A DNA stretch of 64,000 bases from a virus (taxonomy: Duplodnaviria > Caudoviricetes). Where the stretch lies: positions 1,261 to 65,260 of IMG/VR virus record IMGVR_UViG_2545824562_000002. The stretch is one strand, 5' to 3'. Under the pieces are notes generated by a model. The model saw nothing but the letters and a program-made list of their open reading frames with translations, did not search any database and was not told the DNA's origin. The translations under genes were made by a program, and so were the position numbers. Of this stretch, positions 1 to 9,485 are shown in pieces. How positions within the stretch are numbered: position 1 is the first letter of the stretch; each line of letters starts with the position of its first letter.

Positions 1-17
1 GGAAGGCCTTTAACACC

Positions 18-236
18 ATGGAAACGCTTCATAGCATCAAGTCAGACCTGGTCAGAACAGCCGATCACCTGGACCAACTCAGTCAGGCCATGAGTGGTCA
101 CGCCAGGTTCATGGCGGCGCGTGGTAGCTCGCAAAACGAGGTGGATGTTGCTGCGCACATCAAGTCCATCGATGTGGTTGCGGACGAGTTGCGCTCTGTC
201 GCCGCAAGAATCGACGACATTGAAGGCGCTTGTTGA
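18..236 (+). CDS. Hypothetical small helical protein
   Basis: 72-aa ATG ORF with coiled-coil-like composition; no family recognised. Confidence 0.6.
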   Translation: METLHSIKSDLVRTADHLDQLSQAMSGHARFMAARGSSQNEVDVAAHIKSIDVVADELRSVAARIDDIEGAC

Positions 237-516
237 CTGAATTCAAAGCCCGGAAAACGCCTTGGCTTGCCTGCTAATCCATGCCTGACCTTGACTACAT
301 ACCCGGTTCAGGGTGCCAGCCCCCCAAACGCGGGTCAGGGTTTGGCTCCCCGGTACAGCACGATGGCCGCTACATCGAGGGCCAGCACGCTGGCGACAAA
401 CAGAAACATGACATACAGGTCTTCAGGAAGCATTGCCGTATCCCCCAAATGCGCCGGTTTGAAAGGGTACGAGCAATATCCGTTCCAGTCGGCGCATCAG
501 GTACCCGGGCAGCGAC

Positions 517-825
517 TCAGCTGAACTTGAGCTTCACCACTTTGCTCAGCGCCCAACCACCGAAGACGTAGAACGCATCCAGGTAGAGGCGCCCTGCATA
601 GTTGGGCAACGGCGCGTTATTCAACAACACATCCGGGTCGGGCGCAGGGGGAAACAGCGCATAAAAACCGTTGGGCAGCACCGCCAGCGCCAGCAGCAAC
701 ACATAAGTCGAGGCTTGCAGCAGGGTCGCGCGACTGCTGGATCTGGCGGACCACTTCAAGCCGTAGTACGCAACCAGACCTGCAACGGGCAACACCCAGA
801 AATGCGTCGGGATCCCAATGAACAT
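517..825 (-). CDS. Small membrane protein
   Basis: MFIGIPTHFWVLPVAGLVAYY..., about 3 hydrophobic segments. Confidence 0.6.
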   Translation of the reverse strand: MFIGIPTHFWVLPVAGLVAYYGLKWSARSSSRATLLQASTYVLLLALAVLPNGFYALFPPAPDPDVLLNNAPLPNYAGRLYLDAFYVFGGWALSKVVKLKFS

Positions 826-905
826 TTCGGCGACAACGCTTCTTGCTTGCACCCGCGATTCTCCTTCCAAATAGGCGGATTATTGCGGCCGTGGCCCGCA
901 AATGC

Positions 906-935
906 AAAAAGCCCGCTCTCAACAGCGGGCTTTTT
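906..935. terminator. Bidirectional intrinsic terminator
   Basis: AAAAAGCCCGCT-ctcaac-AGCGGGCTTTTT. Confidence 0.75.
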
Positions 936-955
936 GTGTTTTCCAGTGCTAACAA

Positions 956-1330
956 TCACGCCTTGGAACACATCAGTGCGGCATCCAGCAACCTGCCATG
1001 GTCGTACCAGGCATCACGTTGATAAGCCGTGAACTGGCGCTGAGTTCCCGTGCCCCGCAACTCTACAAGCCCCTGCGCCTTGTCGGGGTCGGTGCTTTCG
1101 ATGAACAGCCTGACCGCATTATCGCTCTGGACTTCGTAGGTTTTCACATTGCCTTGAAGTTCGTCTTTGACGCACCCCAGATACACGGGTGGGCTTTTCG
1201 CGGTACTGCCAACGGTATAATCGTGGCTGTCACGTACATCAGGGTTTTGTGCGCAGCCTGCCATGAACACCATAGCGAACCCGGACACAAATATTGCGAT
1301 TGCGCCTGCTCGCGATCTTGAGCTCTTCAC
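956..1330 (-). CDS. Putative lipoprotein
   Basis: Hydrophobic stretch ending in lipobox-like MAGC; start uncertain (GTG 1330). Confidence 0.6.
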   Translation of the reverse strand: MKSSRSRAGAIAIFVSGFAMVFMAGCAQNPDVRDSHDYTVGSTAKSPPVYLGCVKDELQGNVKTYEVQSDNAVRLFIESTDPDKAQGLVELRGTGTQRQFTAYQRDAWYDHGRLLDAALMCSKA

Positions 1331-1484
1331 GCGACACGCTCCTGTTGCCCCATGAGAAACAGGTAAAGTCATTACCAGCCAGCCGCCCTGTTTTGGTTAT
1401 CGTGTGCCCATGTTACTGCTGGAAGGCAACCCGGTATCAGGCTTATTGGCTATATGGACCTCGGGGCGCCCCTCGCGCCCGCCA

Positions 1485-1625
1485 TCAGTAGCGACGATAC
1501 TCCTGCCCGCCATGATCACCGTCGTAATAATGGCGATGATGCCGCCCGTCATGCCAGTATGGCCAGCAGCCACTGAGCAGCAGCAAACCGGACAACACCA
1601 CAACCCATGCAGTCTTGCGTTTCAT
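1485..1625 (-). CDS. Small His/Arg-rich lipoprotein
   Basis: MKRKTAWVVVLSGLLLLSGC lipobox; GGAGG RBS upstream. Confidence 0.65.
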   Translation of the reverse strand: MKRKTAWVVVLSGLLLLSGCWPYWHDGRHHRHYYDGDHGGQEYRRY

Positions 1626-2173
1626 GTGCGTACCTCCGACAAGCGAAGCCAAGGCTTGCTTACGTTGGACCACACTCAATCGGGATGTTCAGGCAGGCGC
1701 AAGCCGCTGGTCATCTTCCCCGACAGGTTTCATGTAGCGGCTGGCCCCGATTACGCGTATGGCGTGCCCCACAACCGGGGTCAGGATATGACATTGAGAA
1801 ACACATAAGTCGCCGCCAGGTCCAGCACCAGCACAGCCACCACGCTGAAAATCATGTAATAGCGGTCATCCTGAGTCATTTCTGCGTACCCCGCATGTTC
1901 AATGTCTCAGGGTCTCAGCAATTCCTGTTCCAGCGCTGTATTAAAGCAATGCAGCGTTAGCTGTCCGCACCTTACTGCCTGGATTCCGGCACGAACTGCC
2001 AACTTCCCATCAGGATGATTACTCCGGTTATTGCTACGTAGAGCAGGTATTGGCCTGGATGCACCCTGCAGATATCGCCTGATAGCTGTCGCTGACGGTC
2101 CGAAATTGACCCAAAGCTGCCCTTCGGAGGGCAGCTTACAACTCGAAGCTGGCGGCGACTGAGTGCGTGAAAA

Positions 2174-2731
2174 CTAGCGACTGGCAGTCGACCTTTCTAG
2201 CCAGTCAGCACGCGTCATTTCCCATATTTCGACCTCCATCGGTCCAGATACAAATTCTCCTGCCCGCACGTCTACCAAGCGCATACCCTCATGTTTGGAG
2301 ACCTTGCGAGATGCGTCGTTGGCAACCGCTTTGGGAACCTGCATGACCGGACGCGACAGTGTCTCGAACCAATAAGCATTGATAATCCGGCATGCCTCAC
2401 GCATGTAGCCCTTTCCCCACCATTGTGGTGCGAGCCAGAAACCTCTGTTGTTTCCAGGCTGATCATACAAACTGATGCTACCCAGGGTGCAGCCAGCATC
2501 GTTGCGCATGCGGATCATCCAGTGCCTTTCACGACCTGCTGCCATGGCAGGCAGGGCGATATCTCGGACATAGACCAGCGCCCCGTCCTCTGGATACGGC
2601 CATGGGACACGACGATCCAGGTAGCGAACCACCTCCCAGCAGGGGAATAGCGCCTGAATGATGGGTGAATCCTCCAGCTGGAGGGGCGTGAGAACCAGCC
2701 GATCGGTGATCAGCGTCGGAAGACAGTCCAT
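2174..2731 (-). CDS. GNAT family N-acetyltransferase (RimJ/RimL-like)
   Basis: LPTLITDRLVLTPL start; GFWLAPQWWGKGYMREA and NDASRKV motifs. Confidence 0.85.
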   Translation of the reverse strand: MDCLPTLITDRLVLTPLQLEDSPIIQALFPCWEVVRYLDRRVPWPYPEDGALVYVRDIALPAMAAGRERHWMIRMRNDAGCTLGSISLYDQPGNNRGFWLAPQWWGKGYMREACRIINAYWFETLSRPVMQVPKAVANDASRKVSKHEGMRLVDVRAGEFVSGPMEVEIWEMTRADWLERSTASR

Positions 2732-3027
2732 GACATTCGTTCCCGGGCATCCCTGTGAGACGGTGATTATCAGTACAGGGCTTGTTTGTGTCGACCGCTC
2801 CCTGATTTGTGAAACGTCACTACCGGAGGCATTGGGTCGATGACGCCAGTCGCGAAGGGCAGCAACCGGCCAGGAGCTGTCATTCAAATCGGATTTTTAT
2901 TTGCCTGACTTATTGGGTTGGCGAGGCATTCCGCCTCCAGAAGATCCTTTGGTGGAAAACAGAGACACCTCCCTCACAGCCCTCAGGCCCAATGATAGAA
3001 TCCTGTTTTGAAAAAGGAGTTTCATCT

Positions 3028-3408
3028 GTGGAGACTGGAAAAAAGAGCTGCCCCTATTGCGCGGAAGCCATCATGGCTGAAGCCATTTTATGCAAGCACT
3101 GCCAATCTGACCTCAGGCAACCAATACGGAATCCACCTTGGGGCCCACTACCGTCAGTAAGGAGAATGGGCTCTGTCAACAAGGCTATCGTCGGGATCAT
3201 CATTGCCATCACCCTGTACTGGGCTTTCGGCTTTTATGCCGGAGACACGCCAGCAGACAAGGAAAGAATACAGGCCCAAGATGCCGTCGAACTATGCCGC
3301 GAGAAACTAGACAGCTACTCCGGCCCAGCAGTAGGGAAAAGCATATTCTCTGATGCTTGTCGAAAGCTGGAAGTCGAAACCCGCAAGCGTTTAGGCAACG
3401 CGCCTTAG
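3028..3408 (+). CDS. Zinc-ribbon membrane protein
   Basis: CPYCAEAIMAEAILCKHC followed by one TM helix; AAGGAG RBS before GTG 3028. Confidence 0.7.
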   Translation: METGKKSCPYCAEAIMAEAILCKHCQSDLRQPIRNPPWGPLPSVRRMGSVNKAIVGIIIAITLYWAFGFYAGDTPADKERIQAQDAVELCREKLDSYSGPAVGKSIFSDACRKLEVETRKRLGNAP

Positions 3409-3515
3409 GAGACGTTGATTACAAAAGTGGCTTATCACTTGGCGCGTAAAGGCGCGAAGGTCACCGTGTCGATTTCCCTCAGGAGCGCGCTCCCTCCGGC
3501 GCGGCCCGCCAGTGC

Positions 3516-3707
3516 CTATCGCCTTTTACTCGGCGCCCCCATGAAACTACCGGTGATGAGTACGGCAGCAGGACCGATAAGCCAAGTCAGGTGCGACTCG
3601 GGGTACTTTGCCGTCACCACAATGACAAAAACAAAAAGGCCCATCCCGGACCACAGCCGCTTCCGTGGCGTCAACCACTCTCGAAATTCTTCCAGCCGTC
3701 TACCCAT
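3516..3707 (-). CDS. Small membrane protein (paralog of 3772-3969)
   Basis: MGRRLEEFREWLTPRKRLWSGMGLF..., two TM segments. Confidence 0.55.
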   Translation of the reverse strand: MGRRLEEFREWLTPRKRLWSGMGLFVFVIVVTAKYPESHLTWLIGPAAVLITGSFMGAPSKRR

Positions 3708-3771
3708 CACCGCGCTCCCTGCTTCAGCCTTTGTTTCGAGCCTTATTGCACCTGTATCACTTCGACAAAAC

Positions 3772-3969
3772 CTAGCGCTTGCGACGAAGACCGGGCGACC
3801 AGGCAGTAAAGAACCAGTAGATCCCCGTCCCGAAGACCAGGCTCCACCGGCTTTGCGGGTTGATAACCATCCCAACCAGGCCAAGGACGATCAACGCTAC
3901 GCCTGCGCGCCTCCTGCGCTTCGGATTGAACCACGCCTGGAACGCCCGAAGTCTCTCGCTAACCCGCAT
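3772..3969 (-). CDS. Small membrane protein (paralog of 3516-3707)
   Basis: MRVSERLRAFQAWFNPKRRRRAGVALIVLG..., two TM segments. Confidence 0.55.
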   Translation of the reverse strand: MRVSERLRAFQAWFNPKRRRRAGVALIVLGLVGMVINPQSRWSLVFGTGIYWFFTAWSPGLRRKR

Positions 3970-4098
3970 CACCGCTCTCCCTGCCAGGTAAGCGGCGAAG
4001 CATATCACCCCTGTTCAACAATAACGCCACCCCGTGAAGGCGGCGCAGAACCACAAGCGTCCAGCCAAGTGCCTGAAGGCCTGTTGTGCGGCTGAGCG

Positions 4099-4344
4099 AT
4101 GGTGCCGAGACTGAATGAATTGGGGATCAAGCGTCGCTCCCCATACAACTGCCGTCACACCTATGCGACAATGCGCGCAATGTCCGGCCTCAACCCCGCA
4201 TTTATCGCCCAACAGCTGGGTCACAGCGTTCAGATGCTGCTGTCGACGTATGCCCGTTGGCTTAACTCAAGCTCCGACTGGAGCGAGCTGGAAAAGCTCA
4301 AGATTGGTATCAAATCGGTATCAGCTGAAAGCCCAGCGTCGTAA
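4099..4344 (+). pseudogene. C-terminal relic of a tyrosine integrase from an older element
   Basis: YNCRHTYATM...NPAFIAQQLGHSVQMLLSTYARW aligns by eye with the C-terminus of the integrase at 62786-64000; N-terminal ~320 aa missing. Confidence 0.9.
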
Positions 4345-4364
4345 GTTACTGATAGGTAAGCCCT

Positions 4365-4393
4365 TTGATCTCCACCGCTAACATCACCATGCG
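4365..4393 (+). other. attL core: first codons (MISTANITM) of a disrupted ABC-F ATPase (YbiT-like) gene
   Basis: TTG ATC TCC ACC GCT AAC ATC ACC ATG C matches the recalled N-terminus MISTANITMQFG of Pseudomonas ABC-F; the frame breaks right after. Confidence 0.75.
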
Positions 4394-4474
4394 ATTATTT
4401 TCGCGGTTTTGAGCGGTGTAGAGTGCAATGTTTTCGGGGGTTTCAGCCTCTCAACAACGCACCAAAACGCATGC

Positions 4475-4497
4475 ATTGGCCCAAGAATTGGCCCAAG
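4475..4497 (+). repeat. Putative integrase arm-type sites (left)
   Basis: ATTGGCCCAAG-A-ATTGGCCCAAG; same 10-mer core pair at 63961-63982. Confidence 0.7.
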
Positions 4498-4770
4498 GAT
4501 CGCTCGCAGTTTTGAGACCTAGGCCGAGCGGTTTCCCGGATTTGCAATCCGGGTTGTATTTCCTTGTATTTCAGAAGCTTACAAATATTTCGATTCCGCA
4601 TCGAAGCGTTTTGAACTGCGCTGCAAGCCAATAAAATCAAGGGGTCGCTAGTCAGTTGCGGAACTGATTTGGGTCTCCTTTCGTCCGGTTTGCAGTGCTG
4701 CACGAATGCGCCTAAGACAACCTCAGCACCGGCTTAACCCATTTCGCCCCCCCAAGAGCAGTGACTGACG

Positions 4771-4793
4771 TCTACCGTCAACATCACCATGCG
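4771..4793 (+). repeat. Degenerate second copy of the att core
   Basis: TCTACCGTCAACATCACCATGCG vs TCCACCGCTAACATCACCATGCG at 4371-4393. Confidence 0.7.
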
Positions 4794-5147
4794 CTATGCC
4801 ATGGGGTTTAGCGGGTGGGGATGTGTTGATTTTGCTGGCCCAAACTACCCTTGCCCCCTCACGGAAATACATCAGTTGGTTCGGGAATTGGTCCGGCGAT
4901 CAACCATGAACTCCCGTGCCGGAAACGCACAACCCTCACAGAACCTGCGCGGCACCTAGTGATGGACCGGTAGTTTCTTAACTCCCAAATCGATATCAAA
5001 GTCAAAAAAGCTATAGCTGAATATACTAACGCTTTACCTCTGGTAGTCTAACTTAAGATTTAATACGTTACGCGCACAAAATTATATCGCTCAAATAATT
5101 AGCGAACCTAAAATCGCTTGACCTTTACCTCATGAACCCTAGTACCC

Positions 5148-5585
5148 ATGACACAGGCCTCTATCATGTCAGAAATAACCGAAACCTCTTTGCTTGAGTT
5201 GATGAATCAGCCAAACCTGCAATGCGACATTACTAATGCAGCATTTCAAAACAATGTTGCTGCAGCCCACAGGGTTCATATAATCGCAATAGGAGCAATA
5301 GTTAAATATGAAGATGGGACCACTCAGCAGCTGGGGCCAAAGAGCGTTGATTTAACAAGTGGGCAGTCTACCGTTTTAATGTCGGCATGCTCATCGAAAT
5401 GTTGCAAAAGCGTTTTTGGGACCATAACCGTTCGCCAAGAAGGTCGGAACGATACAAAAACTGTTTCAGCGACCAAATACCCTTCCGGTCCTGACAGATG
5501 CCTTTTGCAAGCTTCATTTGTATTAGGTGTAACAAATCCTGCAGCTACGGACATCAGCTTAGATTCCACACTTGATTTTTCTTAA
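5148..5585 (+). CDS. Hypothetical Cys-containing moron protein
   Basis: 145-aa ORF in an AT-rich island, beta-strand-like composition. Confidence 0.65.
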   Translation: MTQASIMSEITETSLLELMNQPNLQCDITNAAFQNNVAAAHRVHIIAIGAIVKYEDGTTQQLGPKSVDLTSGQSTVLMSACSSKCCKSVFGTITVRQEGRNDTKTVSATKYPSGPDRCLLQASFVLGVTNPAATDISLDSTLDFS

Positions 5586-5603
5586 TATCGAAGGGACGAC
5601 AAC

Positions 5604-5894
5604 ATGACCAGCTTTCGCTATAGCCTCGTACTGGTCGCAACCATTGGCTTAACGCCGTTTTTTCAAGTAGAGGCAGCGACTGGGCCAGCCTGTATAAAAA
5701 ACAAAAACGCCAATGCATCAATTTTTGTTAGCGTGCGCTGGCCTGGCGGCCAAACTAACTTTGAGCTCAGGCCGCTAGAAACTCACCGACTTGACAACAT
5801 GAATGATGCAGATACTGTAGTATGCGTAGACAAGAAGCCGCCACCACCCTATTCTTGCCCAAACCAACAAAAAGTGCCCATTAACAACTGCTAA
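5604..5894 (+). CDS. Putative secreted small protein with 4 Cys
   Basis: Signal-peptide-like MTSFRYSLVLVATIGLTPFFQVEAA; AAGGGA RBS; hairpin at ~5920-5942 downstream. Confidence 0.65.
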   Translation: MTSFRYSLVLVATIGLTPFFQVEAATGPACIKNKNANASIFVSVRWPGGQTNFELRPLETHRLDNMNDADTVVCVDKKPPPPYSCPNQQKVPINNC

Positions 5895-6193
5895 AAAGCA
5901 ACATTCAGAATAACTGATTGGTGATGATGCATTACCATCACCGCATGCGAGAGTGCGACCTTAATTACGTTGTGTTCCCCCATCAATGGGACAAAAGGTA
6001 AGAACTTTTGTGCACACACCAATGATGCAGCAGTAGCGGAAAAAATCGACCTCAGGCCGCGCCCCCTGCGGCCTGCGAATCGAGCCTGTCTAATATGGTT
6101 CGGCCAGTTTCGGCGACTTTCGCCCAGTAAAACCGGGATGGTTTTGAGCGGTTTTAGACACCCAGCACCACCCTCCTCCGGCGTTCTGCCGAC

Positions 6194-6409
6194 CTACTCC
6201 AAATCCTTCTCAGACTCATCCAGCGCCCATAGCCTGGCCGACTCGACGATCTCCAGCATGTCGATCAGGTCACCGTCATCGACCTCTCGCCGCCGGCGTG
6301 CGGCATAGGCCATCTCATCGAGCACTGCTGCGCGTCGATCGGGATCAGCCACCAGGGCAACCTGGTCGTTCAGCTCAGCCAGCCAGGCCTGCGGAAGCTC
6401 AGTTGCCAT
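6194..6409 (-). CDS. Phage hypothetical protein (paralog of 8002-8229)
   Basis: [12 protein letters not shown]...DPDRRAAVL...DMLE...ARLWAL. Confidence 0.75.
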   Translation of the reverse strand: MATELPQAWLAELNDQVALVADPDRRAAVLDEMAYAARRRREVDDGDLIDMLEIVESARLWALDESEKDLE

Positions 6410-6483
6410 AATCGCCCACCGCCCTGCACCACCACGACTGGCCGTTAAGCCCCCCTTCCATCTCCTCGACACGTTTCTCGTCT

Positions 6484-7632
6484 TCAGCGAAGCGCATATT
6501 CAATCTCAGCGAGATTCACCCCGGAACGATATAGCAACCCACAAACGTGCTCGTAAAAAATTTTCAGATCTTTGCAATATATAGACTTGTTCCGAAACCC
6601 ATCTTTAACACTATATCGATGCGTAAGCTGCCCTCCGCAGCATATACGCTCGTAGGCACAACCACCGCAAGCTAAGGGCACCTCATCCGCACCTAAAGAC
6701 GATAGCTTCACTTCATTACTATCAAAGGCTTCCATCAAACCGTTCGACGACAGATTCATTCCAAGATCAACTACATGATCTCCACATGGACGGAGGAAGT
6801 CATCGCCGTTTATATCTCCATCGCTTAACACGGTCAGCGCTGTCGATCGTGCCGGGCCGAAGCCCCCTAGTAAAGAGTGGCGACCGAGCAAAAGCGAAAC
6901 GGTCGACGTCAAAATGCGGATATCTACACTCCCCTGCCCGTAGCAAAGCCAATGATCAAGCAACAAACATAGATACTCACCACAGCCCCTCGAAGTTCCA
7001 ATTATTGGATTTTCGCAGGTGGCATCCGGCAACAAAAAATCCATATTTTTTATACCAAGATCATTGACTACAAAATCATACACCACAGCAGGATCTACTG
7101 CTGGCTGTATTACTATCAACGCGCCTGGGGGGCTTATCTTTTCAGCCTTAGCCGCGCCAACCAATTTGTGTATTCCAGCAACGGTTTTGTCAAAGGTTGC
7201 TCTCCCGCGCTTATCAAGCCTAAAACGATCGTGGACTTCTCTTGGCCCATCGACTGACACCCCAACGCCAATCTTAAATTCTTGAAATATCTCAATCCAC
7301 TCATCATCCACAAGCATTGCATTTGTTTGCATGCACAAAGCAACTTTTTTGTTTGCTGAAATGATCGACATCAATTCAAGACAAAGCGCCCGAAAACGAA
7401 CTTTACCGAAAAGTAGAGGCTCCCCTCCATGGAATATTATTCGAACAGAATCGCAAAAACCATTCAGCAACGCATCTTGAATCCTAGCTTTCAGAATTGG
7501 GACTGACTCATCCAAAAACCTCCACGGCCGCGTTAACGCACTCCTATCATCATTCTCGAAATAGTAACAGTAGGTGCAAGCTATATTGCACCTTTCTGTT
7601 AGCTTTAATATTATCTCCAGTCGCCCGACCAT
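6484..7632 (-). CDS. Radical SAM/SPASM cyclophane-forming peptide maturase (XyeB/3-CyFE-like)
   Basis: [18 protein letters not shown] (CxxxCxxC), [31 protein letters not shown]-terminal [20 protein letters not shown]; likely start ATG 7632, 4 nt after the precursor stop. Confidence 0.88.
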   Translation of the reverse strand: MVGRLEIILKLTERCNIACTYCYYFENDDRSALTRPWRFLDESVPILKARIQDALLNGFCDSVRIIFHGGEPLLFGKVRFRALCLELMSIISANKKVALCMQTNAMLVDDEWIEIFQEFKIGVGVSVDGPREVHDRFRLDKRGRATFDKTVAGIHKLVGAAKAEKISPPGALIVIQPAVDPAVVYDFVVNDLGIKNMDFLLPDATCENPIIGTSRGCGEYLCLLLDHWLCYGQGSVDIRILTSTVSLLLGRHSLLGGFGPARSTALTVLSDGDINGDDFLRPCGDHVVDLGMNLSSNGLMEAFDSNEVKLSSLGADEVPLACGGCAYERICCGGQLTHRYSVKDGFRNKSIYCKDLKIFYEHVCGLLYRSGVNLAEIEYALR

Positions 7633-7636
7633 TTCA

Positions 7637-7813
7637 CTAGAAGCTCTTTGTCCAAGAGATCCAGGCATCAAAGTCTTGAGTCGTTGCTCCTTTAAGATCA
7701 TCTAAAAACTTTTTGCTAACGGTCGGCCCGGCATTGGACCCGGTTTTTACATCTGCACCTGCTTTTTTAAGCTTTTCCAAGAGCTCGGCAATCTCATCAC
7801 TTTTATCAACCAT
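7637..7813 (-). CDS. RiPP precursor peptide (triceptide/xenorceptide-like), 58 aa
   Basis: GGAG RBS then MVDKSDEIAELLEKLKKAGADVKTGSNAGPTVSKKFLDDLKGA-TTQDFDAWISWTKSF; double-glycine-type leader end and an aromatic-every-third-residue core. Confidence 0.85.
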   Translation of the reverse strand: MVDKSDEIAELLEKLKKAGADVKTGSNAGPTVSKKFLDDLKGATTQDFDAWISWTKSF

Positions 7814-8001
7814 GACCAATCGCTCCATGACACTTAGCATTAGAGGAACTGCGATTACAAAAACAATGCTAGATACTAATTGTGTCAAGTCCAGAGAAAA
7901 GCAAAATCATTTTGCTATTACACTTCTTTTCTTATTCAAATTATTTATTACAGGAGCCATTGATGTGCCAAACTCATAGAAAGCTCTGACACCAAATTGA
8001 C

Positions 8002-8229
8002 TCAGAGCGGTTCGCATGACTGGTCATGCGCGAGCGCCCACAGCCTGGCCGCCTCAGCAAACTCCAGCATGTCAGTCAGCTGATCGGCGCCAACATCGCC
8101 CCGTCGGTGCGCAGATATAGCGAGTTCAGCAAGCACAGCTGCACGCCCATCGGGATCAGTCACTATCGCCGACTGGTCATTCAGCTCGGCCAACCAAGCC
8201 GCTGGCAGGCTCAACACTTGACTGTCCAC
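8002..8229 (-). CDS. Phage hypothetical protein overlapping the umuC stop
   Basis: [12 protein letters not shown]...DPDGRAAVL...[14 protein letters not shown]. Confidence 0.75.
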   Translation of the reverse strand: MDSQVLSLPAAWLAELNDQSAIVTDPDGRAAVLAELAISAHRRGDVGADQLTDMLEFAEAARLWALAHDQSCEPL

Positions 8230-9485
8230 AGCTGATCGATCCGCGTGGTATAGGATTGGCTCATCATCTCCCTCCTCATTCCCCAGTCCGGCGTCGCCGG
8301 AACACTGGCAGCCCGCATAGTCCCCCTCCCCCAGCGCTCGTTGATGTCATCCATCACCTTCATCAGTCGGTCACATGCCACCGACTGCTTGAGCGTGAAC
8401 AAGTCCTCTGAAAACTCACCTGATTGCCGCAGGTCCATCAGCAGCACCTCAGCCTTGCTGTAGCGGAACCCGGGCCTAAAGATCCGCTCGACCGCATCGG
8501 TGGCCAGTCGAGTCATCAGCAGCGTGTCGCAGGTTGGGTAAGGAAGCTCTACCAGCGCACCCTGGGCGTGATGCGCTTCTTCCGGATTGAACATCCCGGT
8601 ACGGATGCTGATTCGCATGCGCTTGCAAACTGACCCTTGAGCCCGGAGTTTCTCCGCGGCGCGGCCAACGTAAGTGGCCACGGCCTGTTTGATCGGTGCC
8701 AGCTCAGTAAGCCGCTTTCCGAACATCCGACTGCAGCAGATCTCCTGTTTCGGCGGTTCGGCCTCGTCAAGTTCAAGGCATGGCGTGCCAGCGAGCTCTC
8801 GGGCCGTCTTTTCAACCACAACGCTGAACTTCTGGCGAAGTGTCCAGGCGTCAGCTTTGGCAAGGTCCATGGCTGTGCGGATGCCCATCGCTTCAAGGTG
8901 AGCGGTCATACACCGACCAATGCCCCAAACTTCCTTCACCTCGGTATTGCGCAACACCCAATCACGCTTGAACGGATCGGTGATGTCGACCACGCCACCC
9001 GTCTGTGCCTGCAGGCGCTTGGCCGTATGGTTGGCCAGCTTCGCGAGCGTCTTCGTGCCAGCAATGCCGACGCCCACCGGAATTCCCGTGCACTGGAAAA
9101 TCCTCGAGCGCACCTTCCGCCCGAACTGAGTCAGATTTTCCTGAATACCGGACAAGTCAGCGAAGCATTCGTCGATGCTGTAGATCTCGGTGGCCGGCAC
9201 CATGGACTCGATCAGGGTCATGACTCGCTCGCTCATGTCGCCGTACAGCGCGTAATTGCTGCTGAAGGCCATGATGCCGTGCCGGCGCAGCTTGTCCTTC
9301 GCCTGGAAATACGGCTCGCCCATCTTCACGAATGGCTTTGCGTCGTAGGACCTAGCGATTACACAGCCATCGTTGTTGCTCAGCACAACAATTGGGGTCT
9401 TGGCCAGGTCCGGCCGGAACACGCGCTCGCAGCTCGCGTAGAACGAGTTGCAATCGATCAGCGCGAACACCTGGTCACTGCGCAT
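8211..9485 (-). CDS. umuC: Y-family DNA polymerase V subunit UmuC/RulB
   Basis: [34 protein letters not shown]-terminal [14 protein letters not shown]. Confidence 0.95.
   Translation of the reverse strand: MRSDQVFALIDCNSFYASCERVFRPDLAKTPIVVLSNNDGCVIARSYDAKPFVKMGEPYFQAKDKLRRHGIMAFSSNYALYGDMSERVMTLIESMVPATEIYSIDECFADLSGIQENLTQFGRKVRSRIFQCTGIPVGVGIAGTKTLAKLANHTAKRLQAQTGGVVDITDPFKRDWVLRNTEVKEVWGIGRCMTAHLEAMGIRTAMDLAKADAWTLRQKFSVVVEKTARELAGTPCLELDEAEPPKQEICCSRMFGKRLTELAPIKQAVATYVGRAAEKLRAQGSVCKRMRISIRTGMFNPEEAHHAQGALVELPYPTCDTLLMTRLATDAVERIFRPGFRYSKAEVLLMDLRQSGEFSEDLFTLKQSVACDRLMKVMDDINERWGRGTMRAASVPATPDWGMRREMMSQSYTTRIDQLWTVKC

Noticed and set aside
4771-4793. Second att copy as the functional attL
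   Set aside because: It is degenerate, and the arm repeats that match the intact integrase follow the first copy at 4365-4393.
6484-7701. rSAM as an anaerobic sulfatase maturase or darobactin DarE, and the longer 7701 start
   Set aside because: No sulfatase is nearby. The core spacing is WxxW (triceptide-like) rather than darobactin WxW, and the motifs resemble XyeB. The N-terminal extension overlaps the precursor, so ATG 7632 is preferred.
7814-7888. Hydrophobic N-terminal extension of the precursor as a signal peptide; TTGACA at 7888-7883 as a promoter
   Set aside because: The TTG start lacks a clear RBS while ATG 7813 has GGAG. No good -10 is found at 16-18 nt from the TTGACA.
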